A stretch of 64,000 nucleotides of DNA from Candidatus Omnitrophota bacterium (GTDB lineage: Bacteria > Omnitrophota > Omnitrophia > JAHJGZ01 > JAFGJY01), in the NCBI GenBank assembly GCA_016928875.1, contig JAFGJY010000116.1, forward strand, positions 6,064 through 70,063. The letters are read 5' to 3'. The notes under the pieces were generated by a model, which made no database searches, was not told the origin of the DNA, and saw only the letters and a program-made list of their open reading frames with translations. The position numbers and the translations under genes are program-made. Positions 54,280 to 63,277 of the stretch are shown piece after piece. The first letter of the stretch is position 1. Every line of letters starts with the position of its first letter.

Positions 54280-55010
54280 AATGAAAATATAGTTAAGAAT
54301 TCCGTGATCTCGATCTTGTCCGCCTGACGTCGTTTTGTTGTTAACGTAAAATCTATCTCTTTGGAAGCCGGCTTTTCCTTTACGGCCGGCTTTTCTGCTG
54401 CCGTTGCCTTTCTCCTCGGCGTTGGCTTTTGCCGCGACGATGCCTTCTGCCGCGAAGATGCTTTTTGCTTCGGCGCTATCTTTTCCTCCGCAGGCTCTTT
54501 TTCCATAACGATAATCGGGGCAGTTTCCCGTACTAAACTTTCAAAATACTCCTTTAAAACATTATTCAGTTTTCCAATAACTGATATCATCGTTTCGTTA
54601 TAGACCGGCTTTATAAAACCCCGCAATTTCAGCTTCAAGCCCTCTTCATCCGTATAATAATTCAGCTCTGTCAACCAAACACCGTCCGGTATATTAGCAT
54701 TGATCACATTCATTATGCCGGTCAGTGAATAATGCGGTATGAGCGACTTATGCACCACATTATCGATTATGTTCTGTAGTTCCCGCAATTCTTTCAACGC
54801 TTCTTGTGATTTTGTGCTTTTTTCACGAACTGCCGTAAGGGCCTTGTCCATTTCAGACACAGTCTCTCTGGTCGAATGGATCTTGATGACAACGATCAGA
54901 TAAACGATAAAAAGCAAGATAAATAAAAGTATAAGGATCGGGAATATAGGGAAATTGAAATCCTTTTTTTTGACACGCAAATGTTCAGGCAGTATATTGA
55001 CCCGTATCAT
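54276..55010 (-). CDS. pilN: pilus assembly protein PilN with Lys/Ser/Pro-rich repeat insertion
   Basis: 244 aa. N-terminal MIRVNILPE (PilM-binding INLLP-type motif) and a TM. A repeat QKASSRQKASSRQKPTPRRKA lies near the C-terminus. Confidence 0.8.
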   Translation of the reverse strand: MIRVNILPEHLRVKKKDFNFPIFPILILLFILLFIVYLIVVIKIHSTRETVSEMDKALTAVREKSTKSQEALKELRELQNIIDNVVHKSLIPHYSLTGIMNVINANIPDGVWLTELNYYTDEEGLKLKLRGFIKPVYNETMISVIGKLNNVLKEYFESLVRETAPIIVMEKEPAEEKIAPKQKASSRQKASSRQKPTPRRKATAAEKPAVKEKPASKEIDFTLTTKRRQADKIEITEFLTIFSL

Positions 55011-56113
55011 TCCTCTCTCCTTATCGCCAATCCAAGAGGCACCGATAAGCTCCCGCGCAGCTGGTCCAATAACTGGATGTCAACATTCTCCCCGACCGAG
55101 AATTTCTTCATAGGATCGAACAAAAAGGTCTCGACCTTCAATTCTTCATTAACGATCTGGCAAAGGCCGTTCAGCCACGATGTCCCGCCGAACAAATACA
55201 CCGATTTTACCTCTTTATCTTTGCATACCTGATTCTTGAAAAAATCAAGCGACAGCTTTAACTCTTGCAAAAAGTACTTCAGGCTGTCCTTCAAGATGAT
55301 CTTGTTCTCCTGGACGTTTACATCAAGATTATACTTAAAATTGAGTGCTTCCTCGGGAGATAGATTAAGCAACTTAGCTATTTTATTAGTAATATCGGTC
55401 CCGCCGAATATCACATCACGCGTGAAAGCAGAATGGCCGTTGTCGATAATGCTTATATTGGTAAGTTCTGCCCCGATATTGACGAGCGCGACCGGCTCCT
55501 CTGTCTTCTCCGGATAGGTAACTTGAAAAAGGTTGGTATACGCAAAACAATCAAGGTCTAATGCATTGAGCTGTATCCCCGCTGCTTTGATGATGTCATA
55601 AAAAGACAGTACGGCGTCTTTTTTCACTGCGACCAATGCAAGCTTATAGAATTTCTTCGTGTCCTCTTTTTCTTCGCAAATAATGTCGAAGTCAATGAAC
55701 ACATCCGAAAGATTGAAGGGGATGTACTTTTCTGCCTCGAACTCCAACGCATTACGAAGGTCCTTTTTGCTCATATGCGGGAATCTAATATAACGGGTAA
55801 TGACCGCATTGCCGGATATCGAAGAGTTGATCACAGAACTTGTAAATTTATTGTTCCGGAAAAGGGCCTTCAAGAGTTCGATCTTATCATTCGCCTGTGG
55901 TGTGATCTTTTGCGCGGCGACTCCAACGATCTTATACTCGTTGTTCTTTCTCTCAACTTCAACTGCAATGATGTTCGAATGGCCTACGCTAAGCCCAATA
56001 GCTATATCACGCTTGTTTTGTCCACAAAGCAAACTCCACAACTGAACAGCTTTAACCATACACACATCGCGCACATTTAATAAACGTGCTTTAATATCTT
56101 CTGTCGCCACCAT
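55007..56113 (-). CDS. pilM: type IV pilus assembly ATPase-like protein PilM
   Basis: 368 aa, actin-like fold (IGLSVGHSNIIAVEV, NIGAELTNISI, LFGGTS). The start could be the internal ATG at 56059. Confidence 0.85.
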   Translation of the reverse strand: MVATEDIKARLLNVRDVCMVKAVQLWSLLCGQNKRDIAIGLSVGHSNIIAVEVERKNNEYKIVGVAAQKITPQANDKIELLKALFRNNKFTSSVINSSISGNAVITRYIRFPHMSKKDLRNALEFEAEKYIPFNLSDVFIDFDIICEEKEDTKKFYKLALVAVKKDAVLSFYDIIKAAGIQLNALDLDCFAYTNLFQVTYPEKTEEPVALVNIGAELTNISIIDNGHSAFTRDVIFGGTDITNKIAKLLNLSPEEALNFKYNLDVNVQENKIILKDSLKYFLQELKLSLDFFKNQVCKDKEVKSVYLFGGTSWLNGLCQIVNEELKVETFLFDPMKKFSVGENVDIQLLDQLRGSLSVPLGLAIRREE

Positions 56114-56263
56114 GTGATAAACGCGTTAAACAGAAAGGATTATTTGAAGTTTATTAGCTCTTATTATAATAAATAATATTAGAACCTATACAACATTTTT
56201 CTCGTAAGAAACAACATATTGAAAACAAATAGGTTAATTCTACCCATTCACTTCTAATTATAC

Positions 56264-56302
56264 AAAAAAGCCCCCTAAAACGGATTTATCCGTCAAGGGG
56301 GC
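56264..56302 (-). terminator. rho-independent terminator after tRNA-Thr(CGU)
   Basis: Minus strand GCCCCCTT-gacggataaatccgtttt-AGGGGGC followed by TTTTTT. Confidence 0.8.
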
Positions 56303-56311
56303 CTCTATTAA

Positions 56312-56384
56312 AGCTGGCGAGAGGAATTGAACCTCCGACCTGATCATTACGAATGACCTGCTCTACCTGCTGAGCTACGCCAGC
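56312..56384 (-). tRNA. tRNA-Thr (anticodon CGU)
   Basis: 73 nt. GCTGGCGTAGCTCAGCAGGTAGAGCAGGTCATTCGTAATGATCAGGTCGGAGGTTCAATTCCTCTCGCCAGCT. Anticodon loop TT-CGT-AA. CCA is not encoded. Confidence 0.92.
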
Positions 56385-56396
56385 GTATCTGCACTC

Positions 56397-56792
56397 TTAA
56401 GATGGTTTTTTCTTGAATTTTTTGACGATAGAATCGAGAAAATCTTTACCGCATGCCTCATTGACCGCGAGCAAGAGCCGGTCGATGCTAACCGGTTTGC
56501 TTAAGACAGTACACGCACCGATCTTAAAAAGCTCCTCTTCAGAATCTATATGCCCGGAAAGTACTATGATCGGGAGCTGCGGTTTTTTTGCCTTGATGAT
56601 CTCGATCAAGTAATTCCCGTTGATCTCAGGCATTCTAAGGTCAGTAATAACAAGATCGTAGTGTTTTTGCTCAAGCTTTACTAGACTATCTTCGCTTGTA
56701 AGGCTGACCGTAACGCCATGGCCTTCGGAGATCAGTATCTCACTGATGCAATCTAATATTTCTTCTTCATCGTCAATAATTAAGATCTCCAT
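56397..56792 (-). CDS. stand-alone CheY-like response regulator
   Basis: I place the start at ATG 56792 (SD AAGGCGG 6 nt upstream). MEILIIDDEEE, LVITDLRMP, IIVLSGH and LSKP landmarks. Confidence 0.82.
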   Translation of the reverse strand: MEILIIDDEEEILDCISEILISEGHGVTVSLTSEDSLVKLEQKHYDLVITDLRMPEINGNYLIEIIKAKKPQLPIIVLSGHIDSEEELFKIGACTVLSKPVSIDRLLLAVNEACGKDFLDSIVKKFKKKPS

Positions 56793-56884
56793 CCACATCC
56801 GCCTTTTTTGAGCACGACACCACATTCAAAGCGCTATGATCCGTAATTTATACAAAATAATCCTTCAAAATGCAACCCAAAAGA

Positions 56885-57484
56885 TCAGCGCATATATTCT
56901 TGTAAAAGCACCTTTGCTTTTTCCAGCGCTTGAGCACGATGTGAAACAGCATGTTTCTTCGCTGGATCGATCTCTCCAAACGTCGCACCGAAAGGTCTGT
57001 AATAAAAGATCGGATCGTAACCAAAGCCATTGTTGCCGCACGCTTCTGGGGCGATCTCCCCTTCACACTCACCACGGACGACCCCGATCACTTTATTCGG
57101 CTCAGCGAGTGCCACAACTGCCACAAAACGAGCAGTGCGTTTGTGCCGTGGACAATCCTTCATTTCGGTCAATACCTTATTGCAATTGGACTTGTCGTCC
57201 TTATCGACCCCGGCGTATCTGGCAGAAAACACACCAGGCTTGCCCCCCAAATGATCAACGCACAATCCCGAATCATCCGCCAATGTAAGACAGCGCGTTT
57301 GCCGGGCATACCCCTGGGCCTTCTTAAGCGCGTTTTCTTCAAAGGTCTCGCCGTCCTCCTGGACCTCGACAATATCATCAAAATCGTTAAGCGACACTAT
57401 CTCGATCGTAGGCATATCAAACAACTCCCTTAATTCTTTCAATTTCTTTTTGTTGCATGAAGCCAAAAGAAGTTTTTGTTTCAC
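56885..57484 (-). CDS. rdgB: non-canonical purine NTP pyrophosphatase (dITP/XTP)
   Basis: 199 aa. [20 protein letters not shown] and GFGYDPIF motifs. Confidence 0.9.
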   Translation of the reverse strand: MKQKLLLASCNKKKLKELRELFDMPTIEIVSLNDFDDIVEVQEDGETFEENALKKAQGYARQTRCLTLADDSGLCVDHLGGKPGVFSARYAGVDKDDKSNCNKVLTEMKDCPRHKRTARFVAVVALAEPNKVIGVVRGECEGEIAPEACGNNGFGYDPIFYYRPFGATFGEIDPAKKHAVSHRAQALEKAKVLLQEYMR

Positions 57485-58221
57485 GATCTTCTCCTCATGC
57501 TGAACCCCGGCAAAGCCTGCTTCTGCAACTTATTCAATTCTTTGATGCCCTTTTTGGCCAGCACGATCATCTCATTCATTTCTTTTTCACTGAACGCTTT
57601 TTTCTCAGCTGTTCCTTGGACCTCAATGATCCCGCCCGAACCGGTCATAACGACATTCATGTCGACATCCGCAGCTGAATCCTGTTCATACGAAAGGTCT
57701 AACTGCACTGTTCCATTGACGATCCCAACGCTTATCGCAGCAACGGCATCAACAATCGGGTTCTCCGTCAAACGACCATCCTTAAGCATTGTGTGCACTC
57801 CTTGGCACAAAGCTACAAACGCCCCCGTAATGCTCGCCGTCCGAGTACCGCCGTCACCCTGAATGACATCGCAATCGATCCAGATCGTTTTCTCGCCGAG
57901 TTTAGTAAGATCGACCGCTGCCCTCAGTGAACGCCCGATCAATCGCTGGATCTCCTGCGACCGGCCGTTGATCTTGCCGCGCGAACTATCACGCGGAATA
58001 CGCTTATTGCAGGAAGCCGGGATCATACCATATTCAGCCGTAAGCCATCCGCTCCCAGTTCCCTTTAAAAACGGGGGCACTTTGTCTTCAACCGACATCG
58101 TGCAAAGCACACTCGTATCACCAAAATGGATAAGACATGACCCAAGAGCGTTCTTTAGATATCCTGTCTCTATTTTTATCTTTCGTAATTGATTCTTACG
58201 CCGCATCGGATTTTTGCTCAT
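57481..58221 (-). CDS. rph: ribonuclease PH
   Basis: Motifs [15 protein letters not shown] and [20 protein letters not shown] place the start at ATG 58221 (SD AAGGTGG 5 nt upstream, TAATG junction with the upstream gene). Confidence 0.92.
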   Translation of the reverse strand: MSKNPMRRKNQLRKIKIETGYLKNALGSCLIHFGDTSVLCTMSVEDKVPPFLKGTGSGWLTAEYGMIPASCNKRIPRDSSRGKINGRSQEIQRLIGRSLRAAVDLTKLGEKTIWIDCDVIQGDGGTRTASITGAFVALCQGVHTMLKDGRLTENPIVDAVAAISVGIVNGTVQLDLSYEQDSAADVDMNVVMTGSGGIIEVQGTAEKKAFSEKEMNEMIVLAKKGIKELNKLQKQALPGFSMRRRS

Positions 58222-59195
58222 TACAACCACCTTTCTAAAAAAGCCTCTATTTTTGTCCTGTTCTTGCCATCAAGATGTCCCGGCATATCACATTCGACCG
58301 TCAGCATCGGAATGCCGAACCGCTCTCTTAAGACCATATCATCGACCGTATGTGAACAAAATGCTTGGACATAATGTATCAATCCATCAAGCTTTCTCTC
58401 TTTGACCGCACGCGTAATATCTGCGATCCGGTTCTCAATGCCATATGGATACGTATAATTTAAATATCGCTGCACCAAGTCATCGGCCGGATCGAGCATA
58501 GCAAACTGCCGTTGCACTTCATTAAAGACCACCAGGCCCCCTTTTAATTCGATGAATTGATATATGTCATCAACAATGGGCGGAACTCCGATGTATCCGA
58601 GCCGCACTTTGCTCTTATCGGCGCTCTTGCGTTTCCGGATGTTTGCAATAAAATCATCGAGCGCCGCATCATACTTGACATGATCACCATTAAAATCAGT
58701 CGCGCTCACCAACCATAGATGGTTTTCAAATCCCGTTACTTTCAGATCTTTATAGCTTATAACATCCAGATAAGCAAGTTTCGAACGAACGCGATCGAGT
58801 GCTGCTTGCGTTGACCTCAATGCCGTCTCATCGACCACAAGCCATGTTTTTAAACGCTCGATCTCGGCTTGTAAAGCATCGTATGAATGCGCATGCGGGT
58901 ATCCAAAACAAAACACCTCGATACCCTCATTATGGAATATTTCCGCAAGTTTTTGATTATTTGAACAATCCCCCTCGACCACAACGATGAGACGCTTCAG
59001 CCCTGCATGTTTGACAACACCATATATCCCCTTGACCCATGAGCAGAAGGCACCCGGAAACCCTTCGGCTTCCGCACGAGTAATAAATGATCGTGACGCA
59101 CTATCGGTAATAAAGACATTATTCAGATCAACAGGCTCATGACCTGCAGCAAAAATTAGTTCTACCGGTATCGTAGATGTAAACCCTATTTCCAT
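58221..59195 (-). CDS. 2-hydroxyacyl-CoA dehydratase / benzoyl-CoA reductase subunit family protein (BcrC/BadD/HgdB-like), stand-alone
   Basis: 324 aa. N-terminal [15 protein letters not shown], cysteines in FCSW, GDCS and FCSH contexts, and a C-terminal [14 protein letters not shown]...ECDM pattern typical of the family. Confidence 0.65.
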   Translation of the reverse strand: MEIGFTSTIPVELIFAAGHEPVDLNNVFITDSASRSFITRAEAEGFPGAFCSWVKGIYGVVKHAGLKRLIVVVEGDCSNNQKLAEIFHNEGIEVFCFGYPHAHSYDALQAEIERLKTWLVVDETALRSTQAALDRVRSKLAYLDVISYKDLKVTGFENHLWLVSATDFNGDHVKYDAALDDFIANIRKRKSADKSKVRLGYIGVPPIVDDIYQFIELKGGLVVFNEVQRQFAMLDPADDLVQRYLNYTYPYGIENRIADITRAVKERKLDGLIHYVQAFCSHTVDDMVLRERFGIPMLTVECDMPGHLDGKNRTKIEAFLERWL

Positions 59196-59202
59196 TTTCC
59201 TC

Positions 59203-59883
59203 TCATGGTATATTAAGCATTTTATGCAAACGTGGTATTACGCGAACATGGTCTAATCGCTGTGCGGCGACCCGTGAAAAATCCGTGAGTGTCCTCACCT
59301 CAACGGTATGATCACTGGTCAATGGTTGTATAACAAGCGGGACCGACGCATCAACTGCGGCAACGAGATCGACAGCTTCACGGAATTCCTGCGTATCTGT
59401 GTGCTGACCAACTATGATCTTGATAAAAATATCCTTATGGGCTTCAAGTGCACAACGCAAGAATGCTTGGTTATGTGCGAACTGGTTCTTCTCGCCGCTT
59501 ACGCTCTGCAGTTTAATGTCCATCGCGATCATATCAAGAAAACCAATAAGCGAAGCGAGGTGCTCGAACAACACCCCATTTGTCTCCAGATAGAACCTGA
59601 AGTCTTTTTTTAAAAAAGCACATATCGCGACAAGGTCTTCCGCATACAACAACGGTTCCCCGCCGGTCAAACTCACATACGCATGCGGCCCGTTTTTCTC
59701 TTCAAGCGCATATACCCGCTCGATTATCTGCTCACCGCTCAAACGCTCGGGTTCTTTCCCCCCCTCATCGCAATACGCACATGCCAAATTACATCCGCTG
59801 AAGCGTATGAAGATATGCCGTTGTCCAACGCACAACCCTTCACCCTGCAAAGAACTGAATATCTCAGACACCGGATACTTCAC
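59203..59883 (-). CDS. queE: 7-carboxy-7-deazaguanine synthase (radical SAM)
   Basis: 226 aa. EIFSSLQGEG, FIRFSGCNLACAYCDE (CX3CX2C) and LTGGEPL. GTG start. Confidence 0.88.
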   Translation of the reverse strand: MKYPVSEIFSSLQGEGLCVGQRHIFIRFSGCNLACAYCDEGGKEPERLSGEQIIERVYALEEKNGPHAYVSLTGGEPLLYAEDLVAICAFLKKDFRFYLETNGVLFEHLASLIGFLDMIAMDIKLQSVSGEKNQFAHNQAFLRCALEAHKDIFIKIIVGQHTDTQEFREAVDLVAAVDASVPLVIQPLTSDHTVEVRTLTDFSRVAAQRLDHVRVIPRLHKMLNIP

Positions 59884-59906
59884 GAATATATTCTCCCCTA
59901 GAAATT

Positions 59907-59934
59907 GCAGGGACAGGTCGGAACCTGTCCCTGC
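59907..59934 (-). repeat. REP-like hairpin, most perfect copy of the AGGGACAGGT family
   Basis: Minus strand GCAGGGACAGGT-tccg-ACCTGTCCCTGC. 12-bp stem and 4-nt loop, in the aroQ-queE spacer. Confidence 0.8.
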
Positions 59935-59962
59935 GCGTTATTACGTCATAAATGCGATCTCT

Positions 59963-60397
59963 TTATACCAAGATCTCTTTTAATGCCTGTAATGCCAAAA
60001 GATAACTTGATTTTCCAAACCCTGAGATCTGCCCAACGACCGCTTCGGCCGTGACCGAGTGTTTGCGATATTCTTCACGTGAAGCGATATTCGATAAATG
60101 CACTTCAATGACCGGAATGCCGCATCCTCGTATCGCATCCAAGATAGCTATGCTGGTGTGCGTATAGGCAGCGGGATTTATGATTATCCCCTTGATCCCC
60201 TTACTTGCCGCATTGCCGATCGCGTCGACTATATCACCCTCGCTGTTATATTGGTCTATGTTTGCATCCAGCCCTAATGACCGAGCCACCTTCGATATCT
60301 CAGAATTGATCTCGTCCAACGACAACTCGCCGTATATATCTTTCTCGCGACGTCCTAACAGTTGTAGATTCGGCCCATGTATGACTTTGATCTTCAT
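59963..60397 (-). CDS. aroQ: type II 3-dehydroquinate dehydratase
   Basis: 144 aa. HGPNLQLLGRRE, INPAAYTHTS and HLSN motifs. Confidence 0.92.
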   Translation of the reverse strand: MKIKVIHGPNLQLLGRREKDIYGELSLDEINSEISKVARSLGLDANIDQYNSEGDIVDAIGNAASKGIKGIIINPAAYTHTSIAILDAIRGCGIPVIEVHLSNIASREEYRKHSVTAEAVVGQISGFGKSSYLLALQALKEILV

Positions 60398-60437
60398 TAT
60401 ACCGTCCTTTCAGATTAAATATGTTCGGTACAGAGTC

Positions 60438-61535
60438 CTATTGTGGTCTATTATTATTGGTCTTGACCATTTTAAGAATATGTAAAAGCATTACTAATAG
60501 AATGGTTTGTACGAGCAAAACGATCTGTGACGAAATATCACTGCTCGTTAAACTCAGCGCACCCATACCGGTGCAAAGTCCTACGAGACAAATAAATGAA
60601 ACCGCTTCTCTATGGGTCATGCCGACCTTGAGCAAACGATGCGAGAAATGGTTCTTATCTCCCACGAACGGTGACTGTTTGTTCTTGATCCGTATTATGA
60701 TCACCGATACCGTATCATAGATCGGCACACTCAATATCATGAGCGGCGCCACGAGCGGTACCAGGCTCACTTGACTCTCATAATAGAACGTACACATTAT
60801 GATCAAGGTGCTCATCATAAAACCGATGAACAAACTCCCGCAATCTCCCATAAATATCCGTGCTGGCGGATAATTATATTTAAGAAACCCTAATAATGAT
60901 CCCATGAAGATCAACAGTAGCATTGATATCAATATTTGACCGCCACGGAGACAAAAGAGCAATAACATAAAGGCTGCGATGAACGCAACCCCTGCTGCCA
61001 GACCATCAATATTATCAAGCAAATTAAATGCATTAGTGATCGCGATGACCCAAAGGACCGTGACCACCATATTCAGGCCGAAATGTGCCCCGAACAGTGT
61101 TATCGCGATACCATTCATAAAAAGAATAATACCCATTACGGTCTCAAAGAACAACTTTCGTTTTGGTCCAAGCACCTTGAGATCATCGATCAAACCCATA
61201 AAAAAGATCATAGAGCCACAAAACATGATCACTAAGAACTTGTTCAGGTTCTTCAGTGCCCCTTCGATATAAGGCGCCAATTCCTGGATCCAGCTACTAA
61301 CAAAGGGAAATCCGATCTTTATCACAATAAGATGGATAATTATCGTCAAATAGAATGCGGCAAAGATGCCCACTCCCCCAAGTAACGGAATCGGCGTTGT
61401 ATGCAAACGTTCCTTCTTCGGATGAGCAACAAGACCTCGCCTGCTCGCCCAAGAAAGGACCAACGGCATGAGCAACACGGAAAATCCAAACGCGAAAAGA
61501 AAAATATAAATGAATACAAATATGATCAAACTCAT
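60438..61535 (-). CDS. MraY/WecA-family polyprenyl-phosphate N-acetylhexosamine-1-phosphate transferase
   Basis: Polytopic. NAFNLLDNIDGLAAG motif. I place the start at ATG 61535 (TGAtATG junction with aroA), not the 377-aa version. Confidence 0.85.
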   Translation of the reverse strand: MSLIIFVFIYIFLFAFGFSVLLMPLVLSWASRRGLVAHPKKERLHTTPIPLLGGVGIFAAFYLTIIIHLIVIKIGFPFVSSWIQELAPYIEGALKNLNKFLVIMFCGSMIFFMGLIDDLKVLGPKRKLFFETVMGIILFMNGIAITLFGAHFGLNMVVTVLWVIAITNAFNLLDNIDGLAAGVAFIAAFMLLLFCLRGGQILISMLLLIFMGSLLGFLKYNYPPARIFMGDCGSLFIGFMMSTLIIMCTFYYESQVSLVPLVAPLMILSVPIYDTVSVIIIRIKNKQSPFVGDKNHFSHRLLKVGMTHREAVSFICLVGLCTGMGALSLTSSDISSQIVLLVQTILLVMLLHILKMVKTNNNRPQ

Positions 61536-61536
61536 A

Positions 61537-62829
61537 TCAAGCCCCCAAAGAAAGACGAAGATCATCGACAAAATCAGGGTACGAAATAGCGATGCATCCT
61601 GTGTTTTTCACGGTAACTGCTTTCTCTGATGCCAATCCGGCAACAATGAGCGACATCGCCGTACGATGGTCATCATAACTTTCAACTTCAGCATCACCTT
61701 GTAATTGGGTCTTTCCCATGATCGTGATGGTGTCATTCTCAATGGCGATCTCGGCGCCCAAAGCCCGCAAACCGGTTGCCATTGATTCGATGCGATCTGT
61801 CTCTTTAACCCGTAATTCCGATGCATTCATAATGCAAGACTGTCCCTGAGCGAACGCGCATGCGACCATCAATATCGGTATTTCGTCGATCAAGAACGGT
61901 AATCGATCCTCCGAGACGGTCACTGCCCTCAGTTTAGAATGTCGCACCGAAATATCCCCACAAGGCTCTCCTGCAGATCGTTTTACCTTTATCTCGATAT
62001 GCGCCCCCATCTGCTTCAAAACATCAAGGATGCCGATCCGCGTTGGATTAAGGCAGACATCTCTGATAACTAATCCCGAACCGGGAATAATAAGCCCTGC
62101 GACAATAAAAAACGCGGCAGATGAAATATCGCCCGGAATAAGGAGATCGTCGACTGCGTCCAATGATGACGTGCCGTCGACCTTAAGAATGTTACCTTCT
62201 TTCGTAAACCGCGCACCAAAAAGATCGAACATGCGTTCAGTATGGTCCCGCGATCGTTTCTTTTCAATGACCGTTGTCGTTCCTTCGGCATAAAGCCCGG
62301 CCAATAACAACGACGATTTAACTTGAGCGCTGCCCAATTTTTCAACATGCGTGGCTCCGTGCAAGCGAGAGGACTTTATCTGAAGAGGAGGATTGATCCT
62401 TTCCCCTATTCCATAAATATGTGCTTCCATTGCGCGCAATGGTAAAACAACCCGGTCCATCGGACGCTTGGCAAGGGATTCGTCACCTTCCAATGTCACG
62501 TCAAACCCTTGCCCCGCAAGAAGACCACTTAAGAGCCGCATTGTCGTTCCGGAATTTCCCAAGAAAAGCGGTTCTTTCGGTGCCTTTAAGCCATTCTTCC
62601 CAACGCCGTCGACGACGCAACAAGTACCCGAAAGCTTGATGTTAACGCCCATAGAACGAAACGCATTGACGGTCGAAATACAATCCTCCCCGGTCAAAAG
62701 ATTTGAAGCAGTGCTTCTACCGTGGGCGATCGAGGCAAGCATGACGAAACGGTGCGAGATCGATTTATCCCCTGGAACAGAAATGTGCCCGCGCAGGACC
62801 TGCCCGGGCACACACAAAAAATCTGTCAT
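61537..62829 (-). CDS. aroA: 3-phosphoshikimate 1-carboxyvinyltransferase (EPSP synthase)
   Basis: 430 aa. PGDKSISHR, LGNSGTTMRLL and VKETDR motifs. Confidence 0.93.
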   Translation of the reverse strand: MTDFLCVPGQVLRGHISVPGDKSISHRFVMLASIAHGRSTASNLLTGEDCISTVNAFRSMGVNIKLSGTCCVVDGVGKNGLKAPKEPLFLGNSGTTMRLLSGLLAGQGFDVTLEGDESLAKRPMDRVVLPLRAMEAHIYGIGERINPPLQIKSSRLHGATHVEKLGSAQVKSSLLLAGLYAEGTTTVIEKKRSRDHTERMFDLFGARFTKEGNILKVDGTSSLDAVDDLLIPGDISSAAFFIVAGLIIPGSGLVIRDVCLNPTRIGILDVLKQMGAHIEIKVKRSAGEPCGDISVRHSKLRAVTVSEDRLPFLIDEIPILMVACAFAQGQSCIMNASELRVKETDRIESMATGLRALGAEIAIENDTITIMGKTQLQGDAEVESYDDHRTAMSLIVAGLASEKAVTVKNTGCIAISYPDFVDDLRLSLGA

Positions 62830-62834
62830 AATTA

Positions 62835-63065
62835 TTACATCCTGCGGATAAGAACCTTGACGGTTTTCAGTTCTTCTGAAAATTTCTCTTGGTTCGTTAA
62901 CAACTGATCAAGCTTAGCGTTGATCGCCGCAATATCCTTGCTAAGAGAATCTATTTTTGCGGATACGGCTGCTTCGTTCTTATTGGCAGTCTGTGCATAG
63001 ACCGCCATTGACGAAAACGCGATCAAAACTACAATGCATATCGATACGAGCAAATATCTTTTCAT
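62835..63065 (-). CDS. small exported coiled-coil protein
   Basis: 76 aa. Signal peptide ending AVYAQ, then a heptad-rich AKIDSLSKDIAAINAKLDQLL. SD AAAGGAGG upstream. Confidence 0.6.
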   Translation of the reverse strand: MKRYLLVSICIVVLIAFSSMAVYAQTANKNEAAVSAKIDSLSKDIAAINAKLDQLLTNQEKFSEELKTVKVLIRRM

Positions 63066-63116
63066 ACGTCCTCCTTTTTAATCCGATATAATAAACCCGC
63101 TACATTTTCTTAAAAC

Positions 63117-63140
63117 AAAAAAAGAGGGTCATTCCCTCTC
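63117..63140 (-). terminator. rho-independent terminator
   Basis: Minus strand AGAGGG-aatga-CCCTCT followed by TTTTTTG. Confidence 0.65.
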
Positions 63141-63163
63141 TTAACTCAAAGAACGACGCATAA

Positions 63164-63277
63164 TTAACCGACGTATTTCAGTAATTCTATAACCTGCACA
63201 ACTGTAATTACACTAACTATGCCAATTGCAAAGATTAATAGCCCTAAATAAACGCTTTTTGTGCGATCAAATTCCAA
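63164..63277 (-). CDS. 37-aa single-TM small ORF
   Basis: Below the ORF-track cutoff. TTG 63277 has SD AGGAAGG 8 nt upstream. The product (M)EFDRTKSVYLGLLIFAIGIVSVITVVQVIELLKYVG overlaps the stop of the upstream gene and is followed by a terminator. Confidence 0.4.
   Translation of the reverse strand: MEFDRTKSVYLGLLIFAIGIVSVITVVQVIELLKYVG

Noticed and set aside
59884-59962. preQ1 riboswitch upstream of queE.
   Set aside because: The only structure in the leader is the AGGGACAGGT-family hairpin, which also occurs at unrelated loci. The preQ1-I features (short P1 and an A-rich tail pairing with the loop) are not present.
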